Below are positions 49,801 to 63,317 of a DNA stretch of 64,000 nt, one piece after another (position 1 is the first letter of the stretch; every line of letters begins with the position of its first letter). Made by a program: the position numbers and the translations under genes. The notes under the pieces were generated by a model. The model saw only the letters and a program-made list of their open reading frames with translations. It was not told the origin of the DNA and searched no databases. This DNA comes from Mobula hypostoma. Its lineage: Eukaryota. The DNA lies in assembly GCF_963921235.1 (NCBI RefSeq), contig NC_086097.1:79982001-80046000 (forward strand), read 5' to 3'.

Positions 49801-52800
49801 TGTGGCAGCTCACCCACACGGCAAGCGAACCGGCTCCAGCAGTCGCGGGTGAGTCCACAGCCAGTGGCAACCGAGAGGGCTTTGAGTGCGGGCAGACCTT
49901 GGCCCGGAAGCCGACGTCACTTCAGCTCCACTAAGAGTGGGGTATGCTGGAAGCGGGCACTTAAGTGCGCATGGATTGAAACAGTAAACAGTTCAACCAG
50001 ACCCTGCTCGACTCAGTATGTTGATTTCACTCGTTGCATATCAGCGCAACTACATTGGTGATCCTGACGGTCCAACGGCACTTGGACCCAGCATGAACGA
50101 CTCGGCTCTGCAGAATGCAGTTTCCCTTAAACTGCCAACCTTCTGGACTACTCAACCCCTGGTCTGGTTCGAGCAAGCAGAGGCCCAGTTCCAGATCAGG
50201 CAAATTGTCTCAGACGCCACCAGGTATTACTACGTGGTAGGTGCCCTCGACCAGGAGACAGCCGGCTGCGTTATCGACTTTCTGCATCAGACCCCGGCAA
50301 CAGACAGGTACGAGGCACTCAAGGCCCTGTTAATCTGCACATTTGGCCTCTCCCACCGTGAACAGGCCGCGCGGTTACTGCATATGGACGGCCTGGGCAA
50401 CCACGCGCCATCAGCCCTGATGAGCGACATGCTAGCACTGGCAGACAGCCATAAGCCTTGCCCGCTTTTTGAACAGATCTTCTTGGAGTAAATGCCAGAA
50501 GACATCCACCTCCTGCTAGCAAAATGAAGACTTCAGAGACCTGCGCAGGGTGGTTGCCCGCGCGGACGTGCTTTGGCGCGCCGAACAAAATGGCAGAACC
50601 ACCATCGAAATTAGTGCTGTGGCACGGCCAAAAGTCCAGCCCTCCCACACCCCAGCAGCGGAGCACGTAACACCCACACCAAGGGACAGCACCACTTCTG
50701 AGTCTTGGTGTTTTTATCATCAAAGGTGGGGTTCCGGGGCCCACCGCTGCCGACCACCATGCTCGTTCCAGGGAAATGCCAGGAACAGCCGTCGCTGATG
50801 GCTACGGCGGCTGGTCACCGTGAAAGACTCCTCTACGTTTGGGACAAGCACTCCGGGCATAGATTCCTGGTGGACACGGGGGCGGAAATCAGTGTCCTAC
50901 CCCCCTTGATCCACGACAGCCGAACTAGAAGAACAGGACCGGAACTTACGGCAGCCAACAGCAGCACCATCCGCACCTATGGCACAAGAACCATCCCCTT
51001 GCAGTTCGGTTCCAGCCGCTTTACATGGACATTTACGCTGGCTGCAGTATCACAGCCATTGCCGGGTGCGGACTTCCTCCGCGCGCACTGCCTGCCCGTG
51101 GATTTGAAGGGACGATGACTGGTCGATGCAAAGACATTCCAGACTTTCTTCCTTGGTGAGGCCAGTTTACTGGCCCCGCACCTGGACTCCGTCACTTATT
51201 CCGACAACGAGTTCGCCAGAGTGTTATCAGAGTTCCCATCTATCATCATGCCGCAGTTTTCCTCAACAGACCCCAAGCACGGCATGATGCACCACATCCC
51301 CACACAGGGACCTCCTCTTCATGCCCAGGCCCGCAGGCTGCCGCCCGACAAGCTCCGGCTCGCAAAAGAGGAATTCAAGAAGATGGAGGAGATGGGGATT
51401 GTACAGCGTTCCGACAGCCCGTGGGCCTCCCCACTCCATATGGTGCCCTAGTCTGCGGGAGGGTGGAGACCATGCGGCAACTATAGGAGGCTGAAAGGCA
51501 CCACCACGTCCAATCGCTATCCGGTACCACACATCCAGGACTTTATGGCCAACCTGCACGGGGCGCGCATCTTTTCGAAGATTGACCTGGTCCGAGGGAA
51601 TCATCAGATCCCAGTCCACCCAGACGATGTACCCAAGACGGCCCTCATTACCCCCGTTGGCCTGTTCGAGTTCCTCAGGATGCCATTCGGGCTCAAAAAC
51701 ACGGCGCAGATGTTCCAGTGCCTGATGGACGGAGTAGGGCGAGATCTGGACTTTCTGTTCATCTACCTGGATGACATACTTATCACCAGTCGCTCCCACC
51801 AGGAACACCTAGCACATTTCCGCCTGCTCTGCCACTGCCTAAGTGACTACGGCCTGGCTATCAACCCTGCCAAGTGCCAGTTGAGCCTACTCGCCATCGA
51901 CTTCTTGGGACACCAGATTGACCGCCATGGAGCTGTGCCCCTGCCGGTAAAAGTTGAAGCCATCCGCCAATTCGCCAGGCCCAGCGCTGTTAAAGGCCTG
52001 CAGGAATTTGTTGGGATGGTTAACTTTTATCACCGTTTCCTGCCCTCAGCAGCCCGGATCATGCAGCCCCTTTTTGGCTTGATGTCCGGCAAGGTCAAAG
52101 AGGTCACCTGGACAGAGGAGGCAACGGCGGCTTTTGAACAAGTCAAGAACATACTAGCTAACACCACGCTCCTGGCCCACCACTGGGTTGATGTCCCCAC
52201 TGCCCTCACTGTGGATGCCTCTGACGCTGCAGTTGGTGGCGTGCTCGAGCAGCTCATCGAAGGCCAGTGGAAGCTGCTCGCTTTTTTCAGCCGGCATCTA
52301 TGACCCCTGGAACTTAAGTACAGCGCTTTTGACAGGGAGCTGCTGGCCCTGTACCTTGCCATCCGGCACTTCAGGTATTTCCTGGAAGGGAGGGAGTTCA
52401 CGGTCTTCACAGACCACAAGCCCCTCACTTTCGCGTCTGCCAAAGTGTCGGACCCGTGCTCAGGCCGCTAGCAATGCCACCTGTCGTACATCTCGGAGTT
52501 TACCACCACAATCAAGCACATCTCCGGGAAGAACAACATGGTAGACGACGTGCTGTCACGCACCTCCGTCCAATGAGTGCACTCTCTGTCTCCGGGGGTG
52601 GATTACGCGGCATTAGCTAAGGTGCAATGATTGGACAATGAGATGCCGGTGTACCGAACCGCAGTCTCAGGACTCCGCCTCGAAGACATCCCCAGCGGGC
52701 CCGAAGGTAATAAGCTCCTTTGCGATGTGTCCACCGGGCAACCTCGGCCCATTGTCCCGACCGTTTGGAGGCGCCGCGTTTTTGACGCCTTGCACAGTTT

Positions 52801-54086
52801 AGCCCACCCTTCCATCCGGGCGACCATCCGGCTGATTGCAGACAGGTTTGTGCGGCACGGCCTACGCAAGCAGGTTGGGCACTGGGCCAGGACATGCACG
52901 CACTGTCAAACCTCCAAAGTCCAGAGGCACATGAGGGCCCCACTGCAACCCTTCCAGCCGACACATAGGAGGTTTGAACATGTCCACGTGGACATCATCG
53001 GCACACTGCCAGTTTCGAGAGGAGCGAGATACCTGTTCACCATGGTGGACAGGTTCACGAGGTGCCCAGAAGCTATCCCACTCGCTGACACAGCCACGGA
53101 GACATGCGCCAGAGCCCTGATTACCACCTGGGTGACACGGTTCGGACTCCCAGCCCATGTCACTTCAGACAGGGGTGTGCACTTCACATCGGCTTTGTGG
53201 TCTGCACTGGCACAACTCCTCGGAATCCAGCTCCACCGAACGACTGCTTACCACCCGCAGTCCAACGGCCTGGTGGAACGTTTCCATAAGCACTTGAAGT
53301 CAGCCCTGATGGCACGCCTCCGAGGGCCAGACTGAGTTGACAAACTCCCCTGGGTGCTGCTTGGCATCCGCACAGCACCCAAGGAGGACCTGGCCGCATC
53401 ATCGGCCGAACTTGTTTACGGTGAGTTTGTGCCAGCACCCCGTGGCTAGGAGGACACATCTACGGCGGTCCTAACTAAACTCTGGGAGTGGCTTGGAACA
53501 CTTGCCCCAGTCCCGACGTCCAATTATGGAACAACACCCTCTTTCGTTCCCAAGGACCTACAACAGAGCAAGTATGTTTTCGTTCGTCGAGGCGCGCACA
53601 GACCACCTCTGCAGCGACCATACAAAGGACCCTACAAGGTGGTGCGCCATAACGGGATGACTTGCGTTCTCAACATCAGTGGTCGTGAAGAGACTTTTAC
53701 CATTGACTGTCTGAAACCGGCGCATTTAGACCTTGAACGCCTGGTTGCGGTGCCACCCCCATGACGACGAGGCCGACCACCTAAAAGAACTGACAGTGTG
53801 CAGGCTGTGGACTCTGCACCTCCTAGCGCCGGTTCTAGGGGCTGGGGCAAGTGGAGGCTCGCCCATGTGGCAAGCAAACCGGCTCCAGCAGCCAGCGGCA
53901 ACCGAGAGGGTTCTGAGTGCGGGGCAGACCTCGGCCCAGAAGCTGACGTCACTTCAGCCCCACTAAAAGCAGGGGATGCTGGGAGCGGGCACTTAAGAGC
54001 GCACGGATTGAAATAGTAAACAGTTCAACCAGATCCTGCTCGACTCAGTGTGTTGCTTTCACTCGTTGCGTATCAGCGCAACCACA
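49801..54086 (+). mobile_element. Full-length decayed Gypsy LTR retrotransposon
   Basis: LTRs 49801-50054 and 53850-54086; PBS tggtgatcctgacg (tRNA-Trp-like); TSD gtgt/gcgt; gag (KLPTFW, CFYHQRWG), PR (FLVDTGAEIS), RT (YLDD), RNaseH (VDASD), integrase (HPSIR...CTHCQ, VTSDRG, HPQSNGLVERFH); multiple stops. Confidence 0.95.
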
Positions 54087-55568
54087 GCGTATTCATAGTC
54101 TGAGCATGGCAGTATGGTTCAACTGTGCATCATATCAATTCATCCAGAGGGGATTTAAGAGCCAACCACTTTCGTGAATCTGGAATCAGAGTGGGCAAAG
54201 AAGTAAACCAGATTTTGTTTTTATAACAATCTGTGGTCTTGTGGTCATCATTACTAACCGATACATTTAATTCCATACCATTAAGAAATCTTAAATTCTA
54301 CAGCTTCCATGACAAATCTGTTCCTAGCTGTTAGTTCCGTCCTCTGCTTCCAAGATGTTATCAGAGAATGTAACCAACGGCAGACAGTTCATGAAGATAC
54401 TTCTTTTACTTCTTCTTTCAAATATGATTCTATTATAAAGCTGCATGCAATTGGTAACTGTGATATAAAGTTTGATGGTGTTTCTGTGGGCCAATTGAGT
54501 AATCTGGTGTTTTGCCATCTCCAAAGGAGTTCAGTCAGTTTTGGAGCCCTGTGTGTGGTCTGAAGACCTGGAAGCTGGAGACAGGGCGTGAGCCCATGAT
54601 CGACTCCATTGCTTCTCTTCCATTGCGGCATCGAGCAAGGTTGAAGTCAATGAAGTCTAGAGCAGAGGATGGGCAGGTATTAGGCACACTCTACCTGAGC
54701 CTGACCCGTCTTCTTCTCCCTCTCATTAGCAGCTGTTGGAGAAAAGTGCAGAAGACTTGGGGATCCATGTTGCAAGGATTGTTCAGCGAGGCTGTGGATT
54801 TGTTTTGGGGACTTTGAGGTTCATGTTGCATGTGTTTCTGGATTTTGGTTCCTCTTTTTTTTTGCTGCTTTTAAGCGGCTTGATCGGGGTGATTGATGTG
54901 CACTGGGACGCTTGGTCAAAGAATGGCCCTACAGCCTGCAGTGTACTAGTAGCGTTGTACTAACTAATCTGAAATGAATACTACTGTACTCCTGGTTTGA
55001 TGCTTGATATTCTATGACTTTTTGCCATTGGTTAATTTGTTCTTTTTTTCACGTCGGGTGTTTGATGTTTTCTTGAATGGGGTCTATGCTCTTGCTTTGT
55101 TTCATAGCCGCCTGTGGGAGGATGCATCTGAGTTGTGTTCTGTACACACAATTTGATAATAAATGTACTTTAAATCTTTGATTACTTATTTAGTAACTTC
55201 ACTGCTTTGCAACTACCATGCCCATGTTACATATTGTATTTCCAGTAGATGATCATTATTTCCAACATTTTTTTATTGCAGTTCTCAAACATCTGCAACA
55301 TTTTGCTTTTGTGATAGTACCATCCTACATTCCTCTGTTCTGAAATATTCAAAATGGGCAAGAAAATCCCACCAAGAAACCTTTAGATTTGAAAATAGGA
55401 AGTTACTACAATGAAAATAAACAATTTATTTCCTCATGCCATACCTTTCCCAAAGCTGAAAACTGATCCAGAATAAAATTTGCAATTCACTAAACAAGGA
55501 ATTTCTTTTCCGAACAGAAAGATAATTGGAAGTACATTGTTCTAATTTTTTTCTGCTTCAATAGTTTG

Positions 55569-58500
55569 TGTAATGTATTGTGTGAGTATTCGTAGCGCCA
55601 GAGTGCGTATGACGTCAGGACGTGGAAAAGGATTTAAAAAATGGAAGTCTGGTGAATAAAGTTGGTTGTTCAATCTACCGCGGTGTCCGAGTCACATCAA
55701 TATTACATGGTGTCAGAAGAAAACGTGAAAAATAAAAAGGAAGAGAAGACACGTAAAAGATGTCACAGTTACAGCCACTGCCAAGTTTAAGCCTACAAGG
55801 TAATCTTGTTGAAAACTGGAAAATATGGATTCAGAGGTTTGAGCTGTTTTGCACCGCTAGCGGCCTAGCTGAAAAGACGAGGATTTGCATGGATCCACAA
55901 GATCTCAACCAAACCATCAAACGAAAGCACTATCCGCTGCTCACAGTTGAAGAGGTTGTCTTTCGCATGCCTAATGCAAAATACTTTTCAGTATTAGACG
56001 CAAATCAAGGCTTCTGGCAGATCAAGCTGGATGAAGAAAGTTCCAAATTATGCACTTTCAACACGCCCATAGGGAGATATCGTTTCCTGCGTCTACCATT
56101 TGGGATTTCTTCTGCATCAGGGTATTCCAGAGATCCATGGCACAAATGATTGAAGGCCTGGACGGGGTGGTCAACATCATTGATGATTTGCTGATATGGG
56201 GTGATACAATTGAGGAACATGATCAGAGACTGAGGAAGCTCCTGGAGAGAGCACGTGAGTACAACCTAAAACTGAACAAAAGTAAATGTAAGATCAGAAC
56301 TACAGAGATCAAATACATAGGTCATGTGCTCAGTGCTGATGGGCTGAAACCAGATGACGAAAAGGTCAGAGCTATGGAACAGCTACCACCACCCAAAGAC
56401 AAACAAGAACTATTGAGGTTCATGGGCATGATACAGTATCTTGCCAAATTCATTCCCAACTTAACAGAGGTCAGCGCTCCACTCCGAAAGCTACTAGAGA
56501 GCAACACTGAATGGCATTGGGAAGACAAACAAAAGAAAAGCTGTGACACATTGAAGCAGTTGGTCACCAATGCACCAGCACTCAAGTTCTATGATGTCAA
56601 TAAACCAGTGACGATGTCTGTGGATGCCAGTTCAGAAGGAATAAGAGCTGTTATACTGCAGGATGGGAGGCCTGTGGCGTATGGATCACGAGCACTTATG
56701 GACTGCCAACGCCGATATGCTCAAATTGAGAAGGAAATACTCGCCATAGTTTATGGGTGTGAGAAGTTCCACCAATATGTATATGGCAAAGAAATCCAGG
56801 TTGAGAGTGATCACAAACCACTTGAGAGCATCTTCAAAAAGCCACTCCACCAAGCTCCTATGAGGCTGCAAAGGATGCTTCTCAGGCTACAGAGGTACAC
56901 TCTCACAGTCACCTATAAGCCAGGAAAAGAACTGTACATCACTGATGCTTTGAGCCGTGCTTACCTCAAAGAGCAAAAGGAAGAGTTGCTAGGAAGAGAG
57001 CTGGAGGTCAACTGGGTTACACCTCAGCTACCCATCTCTGAGGAGAAGTTGAACATGTTCAGGAAAGCGACTGCAGATGATCCTGAAATGCAAATGCTAA
57101 CAGACATTACAATGAATGGATGGCCAGCAGAAAGAAAAGATGTTCCAAAGGAAATGCAGAAATACTGGACATTTAAAGAGGAAATCAGCTATGCATCAGG
57201 ACTAATGTTCAAAATGGCAAAACTCATCGTACCAAACCAAATGAGACAGGAAATGCTCAACAGAATTCATGAGTCACACCTGGGGATAGTGAAATGTAAA
57301 GAAAGAGCGAGGGACATTCTCTATTGGCCAGGCATGTCAACTCAGATAGAAGACATTGTGTCTCAGTGTGCTGTCTGTAATGAAAACAAAAACAGCAATC
57401 CAAGAGAGCCTCTGCTTCCCCACCCACTACCAGGAAGACCATGGGAGAAGATTAGCACAATCTCTTTCACTACAATGGTACAGAATATCTGCTTTGTGTG
57501 GACTACTATTCAAAATATCCGGAGATCACCAAGTTAAGTGACACGTCCAATCGAGGTGTCATTACCACAATGAAGTCGACATTCGCAAGACATGGTATTC
57601 CAGATATTGTCGTCAGTGACAATGGTCCACAATATGCCAGTGGTAAGTTCAGAGGGTTCTCAGAAAGCTGGCAATTTCAACATGTTACTTCCAGTCCAGG
57701 GCACGCTCAGTCTAATGGACAAGCAGAGAGAACTGTACAAACTGTCAAGAACATGCTCAAGAAGGCACATAGCAGCAACGGTGACCCTTACATTGCTCTG
57801 CTTGAATACCGCAACACACTGACTGAGGGTGTGGGGTTCTCTCCTGCGCAGCTGTTGATGGGACGTTGTCTGAAGTCCAAACTGCCAAGATCCACAACTC
57901 TACTGACTCCTTAAGGTAATGCTCAAGTACATAACAAGCAAAAGTACAAGCAAATAAAGCAAAAGAGCTACAATGACACATATACAAGACAGTTGCCAGA
58001 TCTGCATACAGGTGAAAATGTCAGAATACAGAGAGGGGACACTTGGCAACCAGCTGTGATTGTGAACAGACATCAGCAACCAAAATCCTTCATAGTTCGC
58101 ACGCCGGATGGAAGCGTCTACAGGAGGAACAGGAAGCATCTGCTGAAGAAAGGCAAGAGTGAGTTTCCACGTACAGATGCACAGGATATTTCCACATATA
58201 CAGACATGGAAACAAACAACACCAAGAGTGATGCGGACCCCAAAAGACACAGAGGTCACTCGAGAGACTGACACGGATGAAGGTCAAGCACAGTCACAGT
58301 TGTATCACACACGGTCTGGGAGACAAGTCAAACTTCCAGCTAGATGCAGAGACTAGACATAAAGTATGAGGCAAAGCTACGCATGTTATAAGTTCCAAGG
58401 TGTGAAATAAAAGGTTTATTAGTCTATGTTAGTAAAAGAAAATACACTGCTGTTAGTATTGTAAAATACAATGCAGAATACAGTACAAGAAGGTAAGATT

Positions 58501-58738
58501 TTTTTTAGTTTGTCATAGTTGTTGCACTGTAAGAAGAGCATAGCTAGAGGCATTGCTTTGGTAATTCACAGTGTTGTAAAAAAAATCTTGAGAAGGGGGA
58601 TGTAATGTATTGTGTGAGTATTCGTAGCGTCAGAGTGCTTATGACGTCAGGACGTGGAAAAGGTTTAAAAAATGGAAGTCTGGTGAATAAAGTTGGTTGT
58701 TCAACCTACAGCAGTGTCCGAGTCACATCAATATTACA
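55569..58738 (+). mobile_element. Gypsy LTR retrotransposon with gag/protease deletion
   Basis: LTRs 55569-55707 and 58601-58738; TSD gtttg; PBS tggtgtcagaag (tRNA-Leu-like); PPT gagaaggggga; RT (IIDD), RNaseH (VDAS, YAQIEKE), integrase (SDNGPQY, QSNGQAER). Confidence 0.95.
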
Positions 58739-59402
58739 GTTTGCTGGTCCAAAAGATAAACAATACTGCATCAATGAGTAAGTGCTTAATGTGCCTTGTC
58801 TTTATTCTGTTATTGAATAAATAGTTGTATTTTAATCTGAATCTAGTCAGTCATCATTCCACAGCGCTCACTTTTCAAGTACATTATGCCCAGTTTTTCC
58901 CCCTCATTTATTGCTGATTTGAAATGATGCTAATCCACTCGGAATTCCATCAGGAAAAAGCCATTGCTAAGCCTGGCGGTTGTTAACCTACTGAGGGGAA
59001 TCACTGCATTAAACTTCAAAAACTAAGGAACATTGAATACTCTTGCCAAGAAATTCAGACTAATTCAACATATCGACATTACTTCTCTGTCAAATGTCCA
59101 CAGAGCAATCAAGCCAACTATATGGATTGTTTTAACAAATGTTACAACTTTATAAAATCACTGAGCCACCTTATAACAAGTGTAAAGAAAGCAAATGTAA
59201 TGTTATACATTTTACAGTGGGGTAGAGGCCATATCCATTGAATAACAGTGAAAGTGAAAGTTGATAAACCAGAAAATGAAACACTACAGATAACATTTTA
59301 ATATGTAACGAACTATTCATAAATTTGTAATTTCTTCGGTAGAAACATTTTACAAAGAATATGATTCTTCTTCAATACAAAAGCTAATTTACAGTATACA
59401 AC

Positions 59403-59482
59403 CAGGGGTTCCCAACATTTTTAATATCATGGAGCCCTATCATTAACTGAGGGGTCCGTGGACCCCAGGTTAGGAACCCCTG
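59403..59482. mobile_element. Tiny hAT-type MITE
   Basis: TIR caggggttcccaac / gttaggaacccctg; gtataca on both flanks. Confidence 0.75.
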
Positions 59483-60229
59483 GTATACAGTATGTCAGTT
59501 TGATTTTCCAAGTAATTTAAGCCCAGTTAAACATCAAACTGTGATTGACAAGTACAACAGTTAGTAACTACAAAAGTTTATTTCATTACAACTTTGAATA
59601 AGTTTAAGCAATATCCTCTGCAGATAATTTGTTTGACTGTAAATAGTTACTGTTGCAAAATAACAATTTTTGATGACTGGAAGAGATAAACTAGAATTTG
59701 AGTTATGAATGAGTATTTATAAATAACATTAGTAACTTTAGGTTATTAATCTAAGCTAATCTAATTGCATATTATAATGTAATAATTAAATGATAATTGT
59801 TTAGTGTTAAGAGAAGAGTCTAGACAACAAAGCAACTTGCATTTCAGCAGCTTTACAAATGTTAAAAAACATCCAGTTTCATATGTATGGGTACCTGGCC
59901 AAATATATACAATTTGGAAAGGAGAGTTGTAGAGAAAGAAAAGTGCAGAGATGCAAACAGCTGTGGATGGGATTACAACATGTGATGTTAACAAACAACT
60001 GACAAATTACAAGACACAATAAAATTTTCATAAACATTCACTTGCTGTGAAGGCTTGTCTGAAATGACATATTGGCTGATAAATATAATTAATCCTGCGA
60101 ATAATTTACCTGATCACAATTCATTTCAAACATCAAAACATTTGCAAAAATATTAAAACTCCTCCTTTTTCGGAAAATTTTACTGGCCTCGTTTTTCGGA
60201 AATGGATGAGATTGGCAAGGCACTACTCG

Positions 60230-61570
60230 CTTGTTTGACTTACGGCTCATGACACAGCTGGCAGCAATAAAGGTCCACCATCTCTGTCTGACCTTGGTCG
60301 TCTTTTCTAGTATGCCCCAGATGTGGTTCAGGGTCCTCATTTCTGCCTCTATGGTACAGCATTCAAGTGCAAAAAGATTTATTTGTTTGTTTTATCGACT
60401 ACACAAAAGCATTTGATAAAGTGAAGCACAATAAGTTATTTGAAAAATTACAGGAAACTCTAGATCTAGATTTGGAAGACCTCCGCCTAATCAGAAATCT
60501 GTACTGGGAACAAACTGCTGCTGTAAGAATAGATGGAGAAGTGAGTCAGTTTACGAAAATCAAGAGAGGCATTAGACAAGGGTGTGTTTTCTCCCGATTT
60601 ATTTAATGTGTACAGTGAAACAATATTACAAAAAATAAGAGACATCTTGGGAATCAAAGTTGGCAGTGAAAACATCAATAATTTCAGATATGCGGTTGAC
60701 ACTGTGGTAATTGCAAGTACGGAGGAAGAACTACAAAACTTAATTGATGTAGTTGTTGAAGAAAGTACAAAAATGGGTCTATCTATCAATTGCAAAAAGA
60801 CAGAATGTATGGTGGTATCCAAAAAGAAGGAGAATCCTATCTGCAGGCTGAGAATAAACAGGGAAGACATAAAACAAGTACAGACCTTTTGCTACTTAGG
60901 AAACTGGGTGACATCAGATGGCAGGTGCAACATGGGCATCAAAAGAAGAATAGGGATGGCAAAAGACACCTTTACAAGAATGAAGAGTATACTGACCAAC
61001 ACTAAACTAGGCATGACAACCCGCCTCAGAGTACTGAAATGTTACATTTATCCAGTTATGTTATATGGCTCAGAATGTTGGACAATATCTAGTAACATGA
61101 GGAAACAAATTGAAGCAGCAGAGATGTGGTTTTTGAGGAGGATGCAAAGAATATCATGGATGAAACGAATTTCTAACGAGGATGTCATGAACAGAGCAAA
61201 CAGAAAAAGAGAAATAATGTATGAGATCATGAAAAGGCAACGTAACTTCATTGGACATGTGATTAGGAAAGAGGAGTTAGAATGCACAGTAATTATGGGA
61301 AAGATTGAAGGGAAGAAAGCAAGAGGAAGATAAAGACAAATGATGATGGAGACAGCAGCCAGAGAACTGGAAATGAATACCAATGAATTGATCCACTTGA
61401 CCTGAAACAGGAGTGTGTGGGCCATGGCAGTCAAAGCTCAAACTGGGCATGGCACCTGATCATGATGATGGTACAGCGCCAAGTTTGATCTCCCACGTTT
61501 CCTTCAGGGATCCAATAAAGTGTTTTCTTAATGATGAGTTGGCCTCTCTACTCATCATAAGCCCAATCTG
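60230..61570 (-). mobile_element. Older RTE-like 3' fragment hosting the RTE insertion (60230-60360 and 61478-61570)
   Basis: Minus-strand RQRWWTFIAASC C-terminus; the sequence appears to continue across the TSD. Confidence 0.5.
60361..61467 (+). mobile_element. RTE-clade LINE, 5'-truncated
   Basis: FIDYTKAFD, GIRQGC, FRYAVD, MLYGSECW; (gat)n tail; TSD atggtacagc (60351-60360, 61468-61477). Confidence 0.92.
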
Positions 61571-63045
61571 GTAAGAAAGCGGCATGCTCCGATGCAGCGG
61601 TTTCTACAGGGTCAACCAAAGGTGTTATTGTCTTTTTAAAATGTATTTTTTACTATCACAAGACTCTGTTAGACATTAAGAACTTAAAGCACTGCAGGTC
61701 TACCCCATCAGTAAGTTGCTCGTAGCAGAGAAACTGAAGGAGCTAAACTTGATACAGACTGTGACGCTGCCTGTGACAAAGAGGCGTTGGCGCATGAAAG
61801 AGATGTGCAGTCTAACAGCGAGTGTATTCATCTTGGTCATTTTTCTTGTGATTGCAAGACTCTGTTGGAAATGGAAATGCTGCAAGTCCAATTCATCGGT
61901 TTATTGGCAGAGAGCAGCGGAGCTTTGTGACCTCAGTTGTAGTGAGAACTAAGCCTCCCACCCTAGTGTCACCTGTTTGCAGCTGCACAGGGGAAGACAT
62001 CAGTCAAGTGCTCCACCAGATTGCCGGAGGCGGTGTAGAGTGGCGTCCATGCTAGAGTCAGTGCTGCTCTCCAGCGTTCATTCAGCAGATGACCCATTGT
62101 ATTGTGTTTGACTGCTACAACATTCATGGATTCAGGAACTTTATTTTACTGCTATTTTACAGTGACTGTATTTTACTGCTATCTTATATGTGCTATGCTG
62201 CATGTGTCCTATGCTGTGTACGACTGTTGGTACAGTGTTTTGCACTTTGGCCCTGGAGTAACATTGTTTCATTTGGCTGTATTCCTGGGTGGTTGAATGA
62301 CAATTAAACTTGAATTTTAACTTCTTTAGTTGTTTTCTAAGAACACTCAGACTCACCCATGCAAGTGTGGACTGCAAATGATGTTAAACTGGTTGGCTGC
62401 CCCTTCCAGAAACTCCTTAGAAAATCAGTTACAACAATCTGAGGTTCTTTTTGGCCACTTTGGCTGCAAGCCTATGACTATCTAAACTTTTTATTAAATG
62501 TGTTAGGATGGTGCCATTGGAACTTGGACACAGATTACTGGACTGGAACCAAAACTGCTGAGCTGTTATATCCCAAATGTCACTTTAATCAACCAGCTGG
62601 ACTGCTGTGCCATCAGCTTAATTCCTGCTGGTTTGATATGCTCACAGTCAACTTCACAGAACTAAACTACATACCATCAAGCTCCATGTCACCCATTTCT
62701 TGATTCAATAGTATGAAAACCACATTTTCATACCTCTCGCTTTGTCCCTGATATGCAGAAGTATACATCAGGTAGATCACCAGCTTAACTTACAATAATA
62801 CTATTCACATCATAGTCAATAAAGCTAGACTTTGTTTCCTTAAGAATTGATAAAGTATTTAAAGGGTTAACACAGTCAGTTAAACATAGCAGGCTGTTTT
62901 TTCCTGAAAGAAATCGCTGATGATCAACAGATGTGCTAAGCCATGCTGAGCCATATTTCTTCTTGGAGTTAGACAGCGTTTCAAGGGCTTTGTTTCTTTG
63001 TGCAGTTATCTACATAGATAAAACTGCTCCAGCTTGTTCTGTGTA

Positions 63046-63317
63046 TGTGGCCATTATGCCTATTTTGTAATTTGTCTTTCGGAACTGTCATATACGTATA
63101 TAAGTCTGGCTCCAGCCTGTCTTATGTGGGGGTATCTGAACGACTATATCTATTTTGTAAGGGGAATTGTGAGTTAGTTGGTGGATCGGGCAGGAACAGT
63201 CACAGTCACAGACTGTTGCTGTTAGAGCAATTAACAGAAGCACCCTGGAGCCTTTGAATAAAGGGTTTATATTTATACGATCTCTCGGAGTGACTTTACC
63301 CGGATTCGACTTCCACA
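63046..63317 (+). mobile_element. Possible solo LTR
   Basis: tgtgg...ccaca termini, tataag at ~63098 and aataaa at ~63257; the TSD is not convincing. Confidence 0.35.
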
